Assembly (NCBI GenBank): GCA_036918135.1
Contig: JBALDB010000034.1
Span: 1 to 61,320, forward strand
DNA: 61,320 bases
Direction of reading: 5' to 3'
Source: Nostoc sp.
GTDB taxonomy: Bacteria; Cyanobacteriota; Cyanobacteriia; Cyanobacteriales; Nostocaceae
The notes beneath the pieces were generated by a model. The model had not been told where the DNA came from and searched no databases. It saw nothing but the letters and a program-made list of their open reading frames with translations. Below, piece by piece: positions 20,501-29,840 of the stretch (position 1 is its first letter; each line of letters starts with the position of its first letter). The position numbers and the translations under genes were made by a program.

Positions 20501-22458
20501 TTGTCGGCGGCATCTACTGTCAATAAACCATATTTAGCCAAGATGTCATTAGAAGCATTCATCGTCTTGGCAGTTTGGTCGAGTTGCTTATCTAAAGCAA
20601 ACATCGCTAGCTGATTCCCACGTTGTTCGGCGGTAAGAATAGCTAATTCATTTCCATAGGTTGAAGTAACATTGCTAGTTCCACCAAGCGCTTGGTCTAA
20701 CTGAGCCAACCCTGCCCGTGCTGCTTCAATTGGCCCGGATTTTGCTAGAGTTTGCCCCAACAAGTCAAACCCACTAGCAGCGGTAGCAGTTTTGGTCGCT
20801 GTTTCCCCAAGTGCAGAATTACCCTTTTCTAAGCTGGCTTTAAATTCCAGCATTTTACGGGTATTGTCCTCAACTTCTTGTCCGAATTTTGCGCCTTCAG
20901 AACGCTTGAAAACCTCAGAAACGGCATAAATAGCACCGCCAACCAAAGCTGCTTGCCCTGCTAAAACTGCTAACTTACCAGCAAATCCGAGAGTGGCAGT
21001 GGCAGCACTCCCAGTAGCAACAGCATACACATTGCGAGCAGCGGTGGCGGCTCCAGATTGAATCGTACTGGCAGCCAGAGCCAAGTTACTCAAGGAAAGT
21101 TCGGCGGTAAATACTCCCGTAACAGCAGCAGAGGCAGTGGTGACGGCGGTATTAGCTGATGTTGCGGCAGTGTTCAACCCTAGTGCCGCAGCAGAAGCAG
21201 TAAAACCAGCTGTAACTATAGGAGTCAGTGCCCCAATAGCAGCGATCGCTCCTCCTAGTGTCAGCATTCCTCCAGTTAAGCCGATGGTCACGCCCAAAGT
21301 TTGCTTGACTGGCTCGGGCAAAGAGTTGAAAGCTTGCAGAATGTTAGCAGTTGCCGTCACAACCGGATTGGCAACCTGAAGTATCCCTTGTCCTAAACTA
21401 ACAAAGGCTTCGTTGACTTGGTTTGCAGAACGCTTGAGTTGACCTTCAAAAGAGCTTGAGACTTTATTAGCAGCATCTTTTGCTATCCCAGCACTGTTTT
21501 GAATATAGGCTAAGTTCTTATTGAAGAACTCAACGTTTTGTCCGGCGCTGGGCATAATCGCTGCCACAGCTTCTACCGAACCAAACAACTCAGTTAAAAC
21601 CTGGGGAGTAGCGGCACCCTTAGCGTTGAGGTCTGCGAGTATACCTGATAGCCCCTTGGATTGCAAAGCCGCAGCATTGAACTGTACGCCCAAACTTTTA
21701 GCTAGCCTGCTGGCTACATCGGTCGGGGATAAAATCGCAGTAATAGCTGCCCGGATACCTGCCACTGCGCTGGAAGCCTGTACACCTTTGGCAGTTGCCC
21801 CAGCTACATAAGCAGAAAATTCTTCCAGGCTGACCCCAGCCGCAGCTGCCGTAGTTGCAGCTTGTCCGATTAGCCCTGCATACTGCGCCACAGTTATTTT
21901 TCCGGCGTTTTGTGTAGCGATTAAAACGTCGGTAATGTGTGCGGCGTTATCGGCTGACTTTCCATAGGAATTGAGAATTGTAGTAGTTGCGTCGGCAACT
22001 GTATTGACATTACTAAATCCACCAATTGCAGCGTAGGTGGAGTTTTTGAGAATATTAGTAACGTCGGCGGTTTTGGAATAGCCCGATGATAAAACGTCGT
22101 AGGAACTATTAAGTAGGTCGGTTGAATTAGATTGATACCCCAACTCAGCGGAGAGATCCCGCATCGACTTTGCCAGCCCGTTGCTATCTTCAGTCAGGGT
22201 GGCTGCTTTAGCTTTTGCAGAATCGAAAGCGATCGCCGCTTCTTTGGCTTTGTCAGCAACAATAGATAAGGCAATACCAGCAGTGGCACTCAAACCGCCA
22301 AGAGTAGCTTCTAGAGCAGACGCCGACCTTCTAGCTGGATCGGTATTCAAGTCTACATCCGGCAAACTGCTAAGCAAGCGTCGCAGCTCGGCAATATCCC
22401 TAGCAAGTTGCTCCCTTGCCAAACGAATTTGGATATCTACGGTACCTGCGCTGGTCAT
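17551..22458 (-). CDS. Phage tail tape measure protein
   Basis: 1635 aa; TP901-type core (SYDVLSSG…ITDVLIATQNAGK), hydrophobic segments, long coiled coil; follows the chaperone pair. Confidence 0.92.
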   Translation of the reverse strand: MTSAGTVDIQIRLAREQLARDIAELRRLLSSLPDVDLNTDPARRSASALEATLGGLSATAGIALSIVADKAKEAAIAFDSAKAKAATLTEDSNGLAKSMRDLSAELGYQSNSTDLLNSSYDVLSSGYSKTADVTNILKNSTYAAIGGFSNVNTVADATTTILNSYGKSADNAAHITDVLIATQNAGKITVAQYAGLIGQAATTAAAAGVSLEEFSAYVAGATAKGVQASSAVAGIRAAITAILSPTDVASRLAKSLGVQFNAAALQSKGLSGILADLNAKGAATPQVLTELFGSVEAVAAIMPSAGQNVEFFNKNLAYIQNSAGIAKDAANKVSSSFEGQLKRSANQVNEAFVSLGQGILQVANPVVTATANILQAFNSLPEPVKQTLGVTIGLTGGMLTLGGAIAAIGALTPIVTAGFTASAAALGLNTAATSANTAVTTASAAVTGVFTAELSLSNLALAASTIQSGAATAARNVYAVATGSAATATLGFAGKLAVLAGQAALVGGAIYAVSEVFKRSEGAKFGQEVEDNTRKMLEFKASLEKGNSALGETATKTATAASGFDLLGQTLAKSGPIEAARAGLAQLDQALGGTSNVTSTYGNELAILTAEQRGNQLAMFALDKQLDQTAKTMNASNDILAKYGLLTVDAADKQRLGAEGIKKFKQEASDQIKVLDNYIDTLKSQKAPTIEQQQLINANIQNLEAQKQALRKRVLQVESDTDANKNNSQSLKDLILDVEALGKAYDKSSKDIAVATDTKKAAINEELANGVITQEQANSKILEAEKKGLEDRKQLIATEIPKLEAAKVGAKPEEVEKVNNKIKELEGESANLRSQIAQNLVSQKKAANEEALKNEDTVAKASARNILNIETDKITGIRELELKGVISSEQAAQQIAETKVASIKSEITSEEDKLKRVKALRERNAITAQDFAKQEAEINTNLKNLKLKNIEEEIQAEEKARERELKAIDKVNARKLASVDIKTTKATVSVKKQEADGTVDAEAAAKKILAIEQQAIDEKIALANKEYVQVSQLEAKKLVTKEEAATRRGEIEKRVTDLTLQQVDKEVEARKQANAEILADLERTNKAAEASITLSYNQRILIAKQAQLAAGDTDKARIEAAGQLAAITRDSTAQQLQLLEKQAADVDRLEKNKVISAKDAADRRTALEVQISQKNIELIDQQIGEFNRLRDEAIKGIQERADAEKIAFDQTLNFLEQEKDARNSLLQTLQQDKDLLESQLNLQKAIAGLNEVKGQGKLASLDRAVEARRKLDSDPNLDPGVASVLNAQLKASGFANTSEADILTERRKLQNQLAEEQNAAALREEKAARTLLDIELNRSKLTAEIALLEAQILDSKASQAQIQAKANLEKAQQLGDKNAIASAQSDIKVADLSKEVAAKSIDAAKRSVEMQAELADNARKALAAQQEGAQAQREAAHAAQDQAAALEIAEARAKELARIESAAKAERESAEKADRERESQIKANQEKATASDANGTSPTYVAPKESKTKEVTPPKNSNYSSPVSQSAAPDPFTKPLSARDLSPPNFSNTPINPGNGLDDLAKWSKQIQGMNSATPIDSSKLQNKDVVTELQKMNGNLTAIASRPSALNVTTANPVSDAADIYSNVSKNAVRSANI

Positions 22459-22610
22459 TGGTTATTAGTTATTAGTCATTGGTCATTGGGACTGGGGAAG
22501 TGTGGGAGGAAAAGGAGGTGTGGGGGGTGTGGGAAGTGTGGGAGGAAATCTTGCTCCCCCATCCCCCCTCTCTCCCCACACTCCCCTGTCTCCCCCATCC
22601 CCCATTCCCA
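22455..22610. repeat. Host-type STRR repeats inside the phage tail operon
   Basis: GTCATTG/GTTATTA heptamers, then GGGAAGTGT and CCCCATC-type repeats. Confidence 0.7.
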
Positions 22611-23005
22611 CTAGGCACAAGCTGCTGCCTTAATTAAGTCGAGGTCAACTAATGGAGCTACCCAAGTAGGCAATAAGCGATCGCGTGCCAAGTCCAAAAA
22701 TGTTTGAGCCGCAGGCTGGGAAATGATTTGAATGGCATTTTGACTTAGTAGCTTTTGCTGATAAGGGTTAAACCAGTTGGGGTCAGGGTCTTTAACTCCC
22801 TTGAGGAAACAAATTGCCATGCCCACACTTGCGACAGGAGCAGCTGCGTGGTAAGCCTCAATAAGCTCCCTTTGCCGCATCTGGGCTACAGCTTGCTCGA
22901 TTAGCCAAATCGGTTGATTGCCAAAATTTTCAGCATTGAACCTTTCTTCGCCGGGATAAGCATGGCGCAACTGCCAGTAGATAGCACTCCAGTCAACCGC
23001 TTCTA
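22611..23005 (-). CDS. Tail assembly chaperone T segment, reached by -1 frameshift
   Basis: Frame is open from the slippery site: VEAVDWSAIYWQLRHAYPG…; lies between G and the tape measure gene. Confidence 0.8.
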
Positions 23006-23515
23006 CTTTTTTGATTCTTGAGTAGCAGTAAAATCAGCACTGACAAACCCCAGAGGTACTGATTCTGGGTTTGCGAATACAAAGTAAGTGCCGACAATAT
23101 CTGGGCGGTTTGCTAGCACTCCACCACAAGTATCTGCATAACTTCTAGCGGCGGTATAGGCATGGCTTCCCTCAAACTTAACCAAGTAGGCATTTCCTAC
23201 CCAACGACTGCGTTCGTTATTGGCAAAGTTGTATAGGTCTTCAACTAAAGGGAAGCTCTGAATCTCTAAAGTATCGTTGCGAGTCCAGTCGCCATCAACT
23301 CTGTATTTCAAGAGGATTGTCGCAATTTCAATTTTGGCTTCTGATAGCGATTCGTTTTTCAATCCTATGTAATAGTCGGCGATCGCCAATTCTTCGTTTG
23401 GTGTCAAAGACCCTAAGCGAGGAATTTTCACCACTCCATAGTTAGGATGCCCAATCTCTGCATATTCTTGTACCTTTTGGGGTTCGGTAACCCAAGGTAA
23501 TTGCTTAGTACTCAT
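23003..23515 (-). CDS. Tail assembly chaperone G
   Basis: Ends …TCA AAA AAG TAG (A AAA AAG heptamer); lies between tail tube and tape measure genes. Confidence 0.8.
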   Translation of the reverse strand: MSTKQLPWVTEPQKVQEYAEIGHPNYGVVKIPRLGSLTPNEELAIADYYIGLKNESLSEAKIEIATILLKYRVDGDWTRNDTLEIQSFPLVEDLYNFANNERSRWVGNAYLVKFEGSHAYTAARSYADTCGGVLANRPDIVGTYFVFANPESVPLGFVSADFTATQESKK

Positions 23516-23736
23516 AAAATTCTCCTCAGTGCGAAATTATAATTAACAGTCTCAAAAGCAACATCAGCCAAGGAGACTTGGTATTTTACTCCAGCCATTT
23601 CCCGGTCTACGAGAACGGGGAAATCATCTAAGACCTCATCCGGGTCTGCCAGCAAAATCCCTACCGTAATTTGTTCGTCTTCCACCTGACAGTGACAAGC
23701 GAATAAACCTCGGGTTTGCAAACTACGGTGAAACAT
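23512..23736 (-). CDS. Small phage hypothetical protein
   Basis: 74 aa; ATGA overlap with the next gene. Confidence 0.6.
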   Translation of the reverse strand: MFHRSLQTRGLFACHCQVEDEQITVGILLADPDEVLDDFPVLVDREMAGVKYQVSLADVAFETVNYNFALRRIL

Positions 23737-23743
23737 AGGAGTT

Positions 23744-24442
23744 TTAAGGCTTGGGTTTCGGTTGGACTTCGCTGCAATAGCCTAAATAGGCAACTTCTAG
23801 ACTTTGGCTAACAAACCCATCGGCTGGTACTTCATCGGGAATTGAGGTAATTGCCGCTGGTCCTTCAGTTACTTTGCCAGCACTGTAAGCATCCGAAGGT
23901 GGAGGAAGGACGCGCCTCACCCAAACTTCTTGGTCATTTTCATAGGCGTACTCCGCAGTCCGTAGTCCTGCGTCGTAATAAAGATAATTCCCCGCCGCTG
24001 ACAAACCGCGCTCCCGACTAGTAGTAGTCCCATCATGCTCCGAGCCAGAATCAAAGGTGATAGAAGATTGTAAATTTGCGCTCCTCGCCACCGAAGCCCC
24101 AGAGCGAGCTTGAATTCTTACAGGGAATTCAGCAACGGCAGCATCAGCAATCGCCTCTGGCAAAGGAAAAACAGTAAGGGCTGTCGCACCGACAACAGCG
24201 TCGGCTGAAAGTTGGGCTAGCCGTTCAACACCATCTGCGTCTTTAAATAACAACCACTGCCCTTTAGGAATCAACCCTAGTAGCGCAGTCTCCAAAGGGA
24301 TACTAGTTGCTGCTTTAGGAATGGCAGCATTTGATGCTCCAGATGTAGTTAAAGTTTGGTCTGTGGGTTTGGCACGTACCCCTACAGGTAAAAGTGCCAA
24401 GTACAATTTCGTTCCTTTAGACTTTTGAATAGCTTGGGTCAT
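23744..24442 (-). CDS. Putative major tail (tube) protein
   Basis: Start MTQAIQKSKGTKLY with GGAGA RBS; G-x-A-x-ITS…GFVS C-terminal pattern; position in operon. Confidence 0.65.
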   Translation of the reverse strand: MTQAIQKSKGTKLYLALLPVGVRAKPTDQTLTTSGASNAAIPKAATSIPLETALLGLIPKGQWLLFKDADGVERLAQLSADAVVGATALTVFPLPEAIADAAVAEFPVRIQARSGASVARSANLQSSITFDSGSEHDGTTTSRERGLSAAGNYLYYDAGLRTAEYAYENDQEVWVRRVLPPPSDAYSAGKVTEGPAAITSIPDEVPADGFVSQSLEVAYLGYCSEVQPKPKP

Positions 24443-24897
24443 AAATCTCCCGTATCTGTATAAAAAGAGTGGAGGATTTGCATTTGGCAAGTTTCAATGT
24501 TGCCGATGTAGGGATCGCTGACGGTACGAATCGGATTGCCGTCAATATCAATTACGTTTAAAAGCTTGAATAGCGGAACAATAATATTTTTTGAGGTATC
24601 GAATTGTTTCAAAAAAATTTGGGTAACAACGTTTTGCACGATACCGTCTAACCTTTGTTCTATACGGATAGAATTAAGCGTTACCAAAACCACCTCTAGC
24701 CCAGTGACGGTTGTACCTTGAGGCGGGTAAATTTCGACGCCCGACCCTAAACCCAACATAGCGATCGCCGGATCTGTGGTGTCATCTGGAAATGTGTAAG
24801 TTCCAATCTCAAAAGCTAAAGCAGTGACAATTTGTGATCGCAATGCCAGAAGTGTCGATTGAAGCTCCGGTAGTATATTTGCATTAGCCATTGCCAA
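24439..24897 (-). CDS. Putative tail completion/terminator protein
   Basis: Position between the gp10-like gene and tail tube gene; about 150 aa. Confidence 0.5.
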   Translation of the reverse strand: MAMANANILPELQSTLLALRSQIVTALAFEIGTYTFPDDTTDPAIAMLGLGSGVEIYPPQGTTVTGLEVVLVTLNSIRIEQRLDGIVQNVVTQIFLKQFDTSKNIIVPLFKLLNVIDIDGNPIRTVSDPYIGNIETCQMQILHSFYTDTGDL

Positions 24898-25255
24898 GTC
24901 TCCTTTGAACGATGATGCCGAGGGTGCGGGTTACATCAAACCTTGCGAGAGCGTCAGTAGTCCAAGGTCTACCCGGAATAGTAGTTCCATCAGGCATGGT
25001 GTAGCCTTGGTGGACATAAAATGAATAGTCAACAGGCCAAGCAAAGGTAGCTTTATCAGTGCCTTGAAAGGTTAGCTGTTGGGAAGAACGCAGCCGTCCG
25101 GTGTCAACGATGTTGCGGGGACTAGGGGGGTTTGGCCATTGCCAAGTATTTGCCGTGATGGATTTGGTAAATTCCCGCCCCAATAAAAACATCGTTTCTC
25201 TAAAAGCTGCATCCAATGCCCTATCTACGCTTGAAAAGTCAAGGTTAGCTGCCAT
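24884..25255 (-). CDS. HK97 gp10-like head-tail component
   Basis: NIVDTGRLRSS…YSFYVHQG…PGRPW motifs. Confidence 0.75.
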   Translation of the reverse strand: MAANLDFSSVDRALDAAFRETMFLLGREFTKSITANTWQWPNPPSPRNIVDTGRLRSSQQLTFQGTDKATFAWPVDYSFYVHQGYTMPDGTTIPGRPWTTDALARFDVTRTLGIIVQRRLGNG

Positions 25256-25266
25256 TTGATTTCAGC

Positions 25267-25503
25267 TTAGTTATTCGCTTCTGGGAGGGCGTAGAAAGAG
25301 TGTTCAGCAGTGCGAAAAAATATTGGTTTATCAGTGCTTTGATTTATGCGTTGCGAAAGACGCATCGTCCCAGTATCAACAAGGTTTTTGGGACTGAGGT
25401 TATTCTCGATGGATGCAGAGAATCCCCTCACTGGTATAAATTTAATGCCCTCATGAACATTCAATACTCGGTTTAAATCTAATTCATTGGTGTTTATTCT
25501 CAT
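25267..25503 (-). CDS. Short diverged paralog of the gp10-like gene
   Basis: SPKNLVDTGTMRLSQ…TDK…HSFY aligns with SPRNIVDTGRLRSSQ…TDK…YSFY. Confidence 0.5.
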   Translation of the reverse strand: MRINTNELDLNRVLNVHEGIKFIPVRGFSASIENNLSPKNLVDTGTMRLSQRINQSTDKPIFFRTAEHSFYALPEANN

Positions 25504-25901
25504 TTGATTTCAAACCATCCTTGTAGGCGATCGCCAATAATTTGCTCGGTTTTAAAAGGAGAACGTCCACGCCGCAAAATCACAAACTCCCCATTTAAGT
25601 CGTCCCAGGTTGCAGCTGCTCTGGCTTCGTGCTGGATAGTATTTGGGAGTAGCAGACCGATTTGCTCGCTTCCGCTGGAAACACTAACAATGCGTCCTTC
25701 CAAATAAACCGCTTGTGGGTCAACTCCAGGCAACCGCTCTTTGTTATAAGAGCTACCAGCCTTGAGCATTGCTGCCACCACCAGGGACTCACCTGCCGCA
25801 AACATCCGGTTGCCGGTTACTGGGTCAGTGCCGTCTGCCGTTCCTGGAAGCTGGAACGTCAGCTCGGCATTGGCGAAACTAGCAAACGGCGACTGTGGCA
25901 T
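25500..25901 (-). CDS. Putative head-closure protein
   Basis: Likely start MPQSPF at 25901; DPVTGN motif; positional call. Confidence 0.55.
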   Translation of the reverse strand: MPQSPFASFANAELTFQLPGTADGTDPVTGNRMFAAGESLVVAAMLKAGSSYNKERLPGVDPQAVYLEGRIVSVSSGSEQIGLLLPNTIQHEARAAATWDDLNGEFVILRRGRSPFKTEQIIGDRLQGWFEIK

Positions 25902-25902
25902 A

Positions 25903-26286
25903 TCAGAAAACCGCAATATTGGGAATTGAAGTCGTACCAGAGTTAAGTAGCGGCAAATCCTCACCTGCCACCAGAGCCTCAAATCCCGGCGGAACAGTCC
26001 AGCCGTACTTACGATCCAAACCCCGCTGGATATCGAGATACGATTCAATCGGTCGAACCATCCCCGTAAAAGCTACTCCGTCAGCACTAGATAATTGTTG
26101 ATGTTGCGAGGCTTGCTCCAAAAGTTTGCCAACCACCCAGTAAGGGCGAAACTGGGTAACTTGGTTGGCGTCCACCGCCGCTGACTCTCGAAGATAAATC
26201 TCTACGTTTTGAGCGATCACATCATCAAAATTAGCCAAAACTTTCACTAGATCGTAGTTTGCTTGATAGTCAGAAAAATCACTCAT
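25903..26286 (-). CDS. Putative head-tail adaptor
   Basis: 127 aa, in the operon after the capsid gene; positional call. Confidence 0.5.
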   Translation of the reverse strand: MSDFSDYQANYDLVKVLANFDDVIAQNVEIYLRESAAVDANQVTQFRPYWVVGKLLEQASQHQQLSSADGVAFTGMVRPIESYLDIQRGLDRKYGWTVPPGFEALVAGEDLPLLNSGTTSIPNIAVF

Positions 26287-26668
26287 GGGCTTGGCAGTAA
26301 AAACAACTTGCTACAAAATCTTGGGTGATATCTCGAAAGTCGCTTACTTCATCTAAACGCTCGATAAAACGCTCGGATGCTGAACTAGTTAAGGTAGTGG
26401 CTGCTGTCCCCGCGTCGTGCAACAACGTAAATATCCTAATTAAGTCTTGTGCCGCTTCAAGGCTTTCATCAAGCAAATCAGCAAAAAATAGAATTAGGCT
26501 CTCAACCGTTTTTAAATAACCTGCGTACCCAAACCTGCTGCAAATTATCCCAATTGCCGGATTGATTACCGAGCAGACGCAATAAAATACCTCGAGCAGC
26601 CCTTCGTTGTCCGGGTCACATGCCCAGAGAGAAAAATTAATAAAAGTCGGTCTTGACAGTTTTTCCAT
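26279..26668 (-). CDS. Phage hypothetical protein
   Basis: ORF coupled to the downstream gene; likely start MEKL. Confidence 0.5.
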   Translation of the reverse strand: MEKLSRPTFINFSLWACDPDNEGLLEVFYCVCSVINPAIGIICSRFGYAGYLKTVESLILFFADLLDESLEAAQDLIRIFTLLHDAGTAATTLTSSASERFIERLDEVSDFRDITQDFVASCFYCQAHE

Positions 26669-26736
26669 AATTTTTCTCAAAAGATAAAAAGGCACTACTC
26701 ACTTTTGGCGATGATTAGTCCTTGACTTAAAGCCGA

Positions 26737-26925
26737 TTACTTGGTTTGGGTGCGTCTTTTGTTTGTTACGGTTTTTTCACCTCCAGACTCCTCGCCATCG
26801 ATTTCGGCTGAAGGCGACCAGCCCAGAGCCACAGCTAAATCTTCAGGAATTAATTGCAGCCCTGGTTGATAAGTTTTGCCACGCCAACCAAGTTGATAAA
26901 GGACTTGAAACTCAATAAGTGCCAT
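26737..26925 (-). CDS. Small phage protein after the capsid gene
   Basis: ATG 2 nt after the capsid stop (MALIEFQV…). Confidence 0.55.
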   Translation of the reverse strand: MALIEFQVLYQLGWRGKTYQPGLQLIPEDLAVALGWSPSAEIDGEESGGEKTVTNKRRTQTK

Positions 26926-26927
26926 AC

Positions 26928-28061
26928 TTAGGTTGGATCTGGAATATTCAAAACAGCGACCGCTTCCGGGTCTTGGATGACTGGCAAAATTGTTTGCCAA
27001 CCCTGCATTTCGATGCGGGGGGGTTTGTCATCTTTGTAGGTAGCACGGTTTGTTACCCCAGGATTAGCTTCACCAACTGGTCTACCAATTGCTGTGTAGC
27101 CCAGGGTGTTGTAGAGAGGAATCGGTTCTTCATCGCCCAAATCAATTGCTTGATCGCGTCCAGTTTCACACAAGATGACAAAAGCGTTTTCATCCATGAA
27201 TCGTTCGCTTGAGCCGTCGCCGTTGAAATAGCGCAAATCGTAGGTATCGCAGCGAGGAATTTCGTTTTTGGCGAATGCCATATCAACGACGCTGGCAGTG
27301 CCGTTAGGCCCTGTCCCTAGCAAACTTCCTTGAATAATTGTGATGCCACCGCCGTAAGCTTGCACTTTGGGAAGCATTGCCATCCGCATCTTCAATTTAG
27401 TTGAAGTGACGCAGCGAGTAGCAATCAGCCCTTTTTCAGTTTTGAGCCAGTTGATTTTACCAATGATGTCTTCGATAGGGTCGTAGCTATCGTTGTACCA
27501 ACCTTGCGGGCTACCTACTGTGCCGCTGGGGATTATCACCCGATGCCCTTCAGGGTTGGGGACATCAACTATCTCCTGATAATTGTTAGCACCTTTGCGG
27601 ATTATCTGGGCTTTGACGATCGCATCGGCGCGTTGTTTTTCTCGATACTCAGCTAAGGCTCTACCGATGGTGCGATCGGTAAAATTGATAATTTGTTCTT
27701 CTGCCTGCTGCATACTTTCGACGGTATCTCGACCCAATTTTTCAATTAGAATGTCGAAAGCTTGTCCGGTAAACTCTGACCCAATATCAGATTCGCCAAG
27801 TTCTACCAAAAAAGAACCGACCCGCGCTCCACCTTTAATAACAACCGGCGAATATCTCGTACCGGAGTTAGGCATGATGGTTTTGTAGCTGATTTCTTCT
27901 TCGCGGTACTCGTTGCGAGTTACAAGTCGCTCGGGTAGAAGTTCGCTAAAGTAATATTTGCGAGTTCGGGGTCCAAACTGCAATTTGGGGAAGTTGACCG
28001 TATCTACTAAAACGTTTTCTGCTTTTAGTCGCTCCAACAGAGCGCTTACACTTTCTGGCAT
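26928..28061 (-). CDS. Major capsid protein (lambda gpE-like size and position)
   Basis: 377 aa; follows scaffold and decoration genes; W…DPIEDI and C-terminal ILPVIQDPEAV pattern. Confidence 0.75.
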   Translation of the reverse strand: MPESVSALLERLKAENVLVDTVNFPKLQFGPRTRKYYFSELLPERLVTRNEYREEEISYKTIMPNSGTRYSPVVIKGGARVGSFLVELGESDIGSEFTGQAFDILIEKLGRDTVESMQQAEEQIINFTDRTIGRALAEYREKQRADAIVKAQIIRKGANNYQEIVDVPNPEGHRVIIPSGTVGSPQGWYNDSYDPIEDIIGKINWLKTEKGLIATRCVTSTKLKMRMAMLPKVQAYGGGITIIQGSLLGTGPNGTASVVDMAFAKNEIPRCDTYDLRYFNGDGSSERFMDENAFVILCETGRDQAIDLGDEEPIPLYNTLGYTAIGRPVGEANPGVTNRATYKDDKPPRIEMQGWQTILPVIQDPEAVAVLNIPDPT

Positions 28062-28062
28062 C

Positions 28063-28680
28063 TCAACCTCCCATTACGGTTTGATAAAGGTCTTTGATTT
28101 TTGCCAAAACGTTGGCAAGACCTGTAAACGGGTAGTCAGGGAGGTAGTTGTAATAAACTAAAGCTTGATGTCTGCAAAGCGTGGCATCAGAATTGCGATT
28201 GGCGTCGTCAATGTCGTAAGCTAGCAAGTAAAATTCGTCATGAGCGACTACGGTTTTTAGTGCCACAGCTACCCCGCTCGCTGCTGACGCACTTAACCCG
28301 GCTGTAAGGGTTAGAGTGTGATTGAGGTCATTAACACCATTGGATGCAATGGTGTAGTCACTACCAGCAATGGTGAGGATGTCTCCAGAGCGATAACCTG
28401 ACGTACTTCCAACTGGCAAAATCGTACCACCACTTGCTGCTGCCGCAGTTAAGATAGTGGAAAGGGTTGTATTTAAGTTGTTATTGACTGGCTCCCAGTG
28501 GGTGGCGTTGGCTCGTCTTCCTAGAAGTACGCCACTGGAAATCTGGCGAATGCTGTTTGCTTCAGCAAATTTGAACTTATTAACTCGCACGCCTCCAGGC
28601 AGCAAGCTTTGGCGATCGCCATAATCGCCCATCCATCGGGGTGCGGTGTCCCGCGTCCCGGAAAATTCTAATCTAGCCAT
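28063..28680 (-). CDS. Putative head decoration protein
   Basis: ISSGVLLGR…YLLAYDI…YNYLP pattern with an Ala/Thr/Ser-rich insert; between scaffold and capsid genes. Confidence 0.6.
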   Translation of the reverse strand: MARLEFSGTRDTAPRWMGDYGDRQSLLPGGVRVNKFKFAEANSIRQISSGVLLGRRANATHWEPVNNNLNTTLSTILTAAAASGGTILPVGSTSGYRSGDILTIAGSDYTIASNGVNDLNHTLTLTAGLSASAASGVAVALKTVVAHDEFYLLAYDIDDANRNSDATLCRHQALVYYNYLPDYPFTGLANVLAKIKDLYQTVMGG

Positions 28681-28751
28681 ATTGACCTTGCGCTTACATT
28701 ACAGGCTGACCACCAAGGTCAATTTTGTCCACCAAGGACTTGAAAGCTTTT

Positions 28752-29486
28752 CTAGCTTTTTGCAGTAGGTGTGCTGTAAAGACCACCAAGAGTTTTTTTA
28801 ACCGCATTACTCTTAGTCTCAGCTCCTTTGGGACCGCCTATTGGCAACCTGGGGGCGGGCGCACCTTGGAATAAAGCTGGCACAAAAGCTTTCCAATTAG
28901 CATCAGCATATTCCCTCAATTCGGAGCGAGCCTCGCCTTCAACCACAAATACTTTTTCATTTTCTATAACTATTTGATGGTCGTCTTTGAGTAGAGTTTG
29001 CAGCACTTTTGGTTGTGCACCTGCTATTGTTCCTGCTTCATTCACTCCGAGCGATCGCGTTAACGTTTGCTTTTCGGATTGCAGGGTAGTTAGCTTGGTT
29101 GTGTTTTCAGCTATCTGAGTTTCTAGGGTTTTGACCTTATTTTGGGCTTCGGTTAGGCTGGCTTCTGTGGTTGTAGTTTTTCCTTTTTCGGCTTCGAGGT
29201 CTGTTTTGACTTGTTGCAATTGCTGATGTAAGTTGCTGGTTTGATTTTTGAGTTCTGTTTCACTGGTTTCTAGAGTTTGGATGCGGGATTTTTGTTGACT
29301 ACTTTCAGTACGCAGCTGTTCGAGTTCCGTCGTCACGGTCGTTTGTTCGCTGGTCGCACCTTTGAATTTCTGTCGCCAGGACTGGGCTTCTTTATTTAAA
29401 GTAGTAACATGGTTGCGAATCGCGTTGGCTGCATCTTTACCACCTTCTTGCTCGTCCAACCACCCTAGAGCTTCTGTGTAATCCAT
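28752..29486 (-). CDS. Putative capsid scaffolding protein
   Basis: Long coiled coil ending PALF…GG; upstream of the decoration and capsid genes. Confidence 0.65.
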   Translation of the reverse strand: MDYTEALGWLDEQEGGKDAANAIRNHVTTLNKEAQSWRQKFKGATSEQTTVTTELEQLRTESSQQKSRIQTLETSETELKNQTSNLHQQLQQVKTDLEAEKGKTTTTEASLTEAQNKVKTLETQIAENTTKLTTLQSEKQTLTRSLGVNEAGTIAGAQPKVLQTLLKDDHQIVIENEKVFVVEGEARSELREYADANWKAFVPALFQGAPAPRLPIGGPKGAETKSNAVKKTLGGLYSTPTAKS

Positions 29487-29840
29487 AAATAATAAATATG
29501 TATATTTTCGCACTTCAATCTTATGGGAAGGGGATTTTCATCAAATCGGTGGCAGTACTGATTTTTAACTTTCTAGCCCTATTTCTAAATTAATTAGTTA
29601 GAATTATTTCGTTTCAATCGATTTTACTAAGCCGAGTTTTAAGTCGTAAGAAGTACTCTTTTTGTTCACAAATTTTGTTATTGAATTCTGCGCTGCACCG
29701 CAGATTTTTTTTGGCAATTTCGATTTTATTCCACATTTATTTGGTAAACTATCCTTTGCAACCAAAGCCAGCTTGAGGCTTAAATTAATTAATTAACTTC
29801 CTCTGTTAACCGAGGAATATTGAACTAACCGTAATGGTTC

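Noticed and set aside
17748..22468. Alternative-frame and antisense ORFs within the tape measure gene
   Set aside because: Shadow ORFs of an Ala-rich coding sequence with no recognisable motifs.
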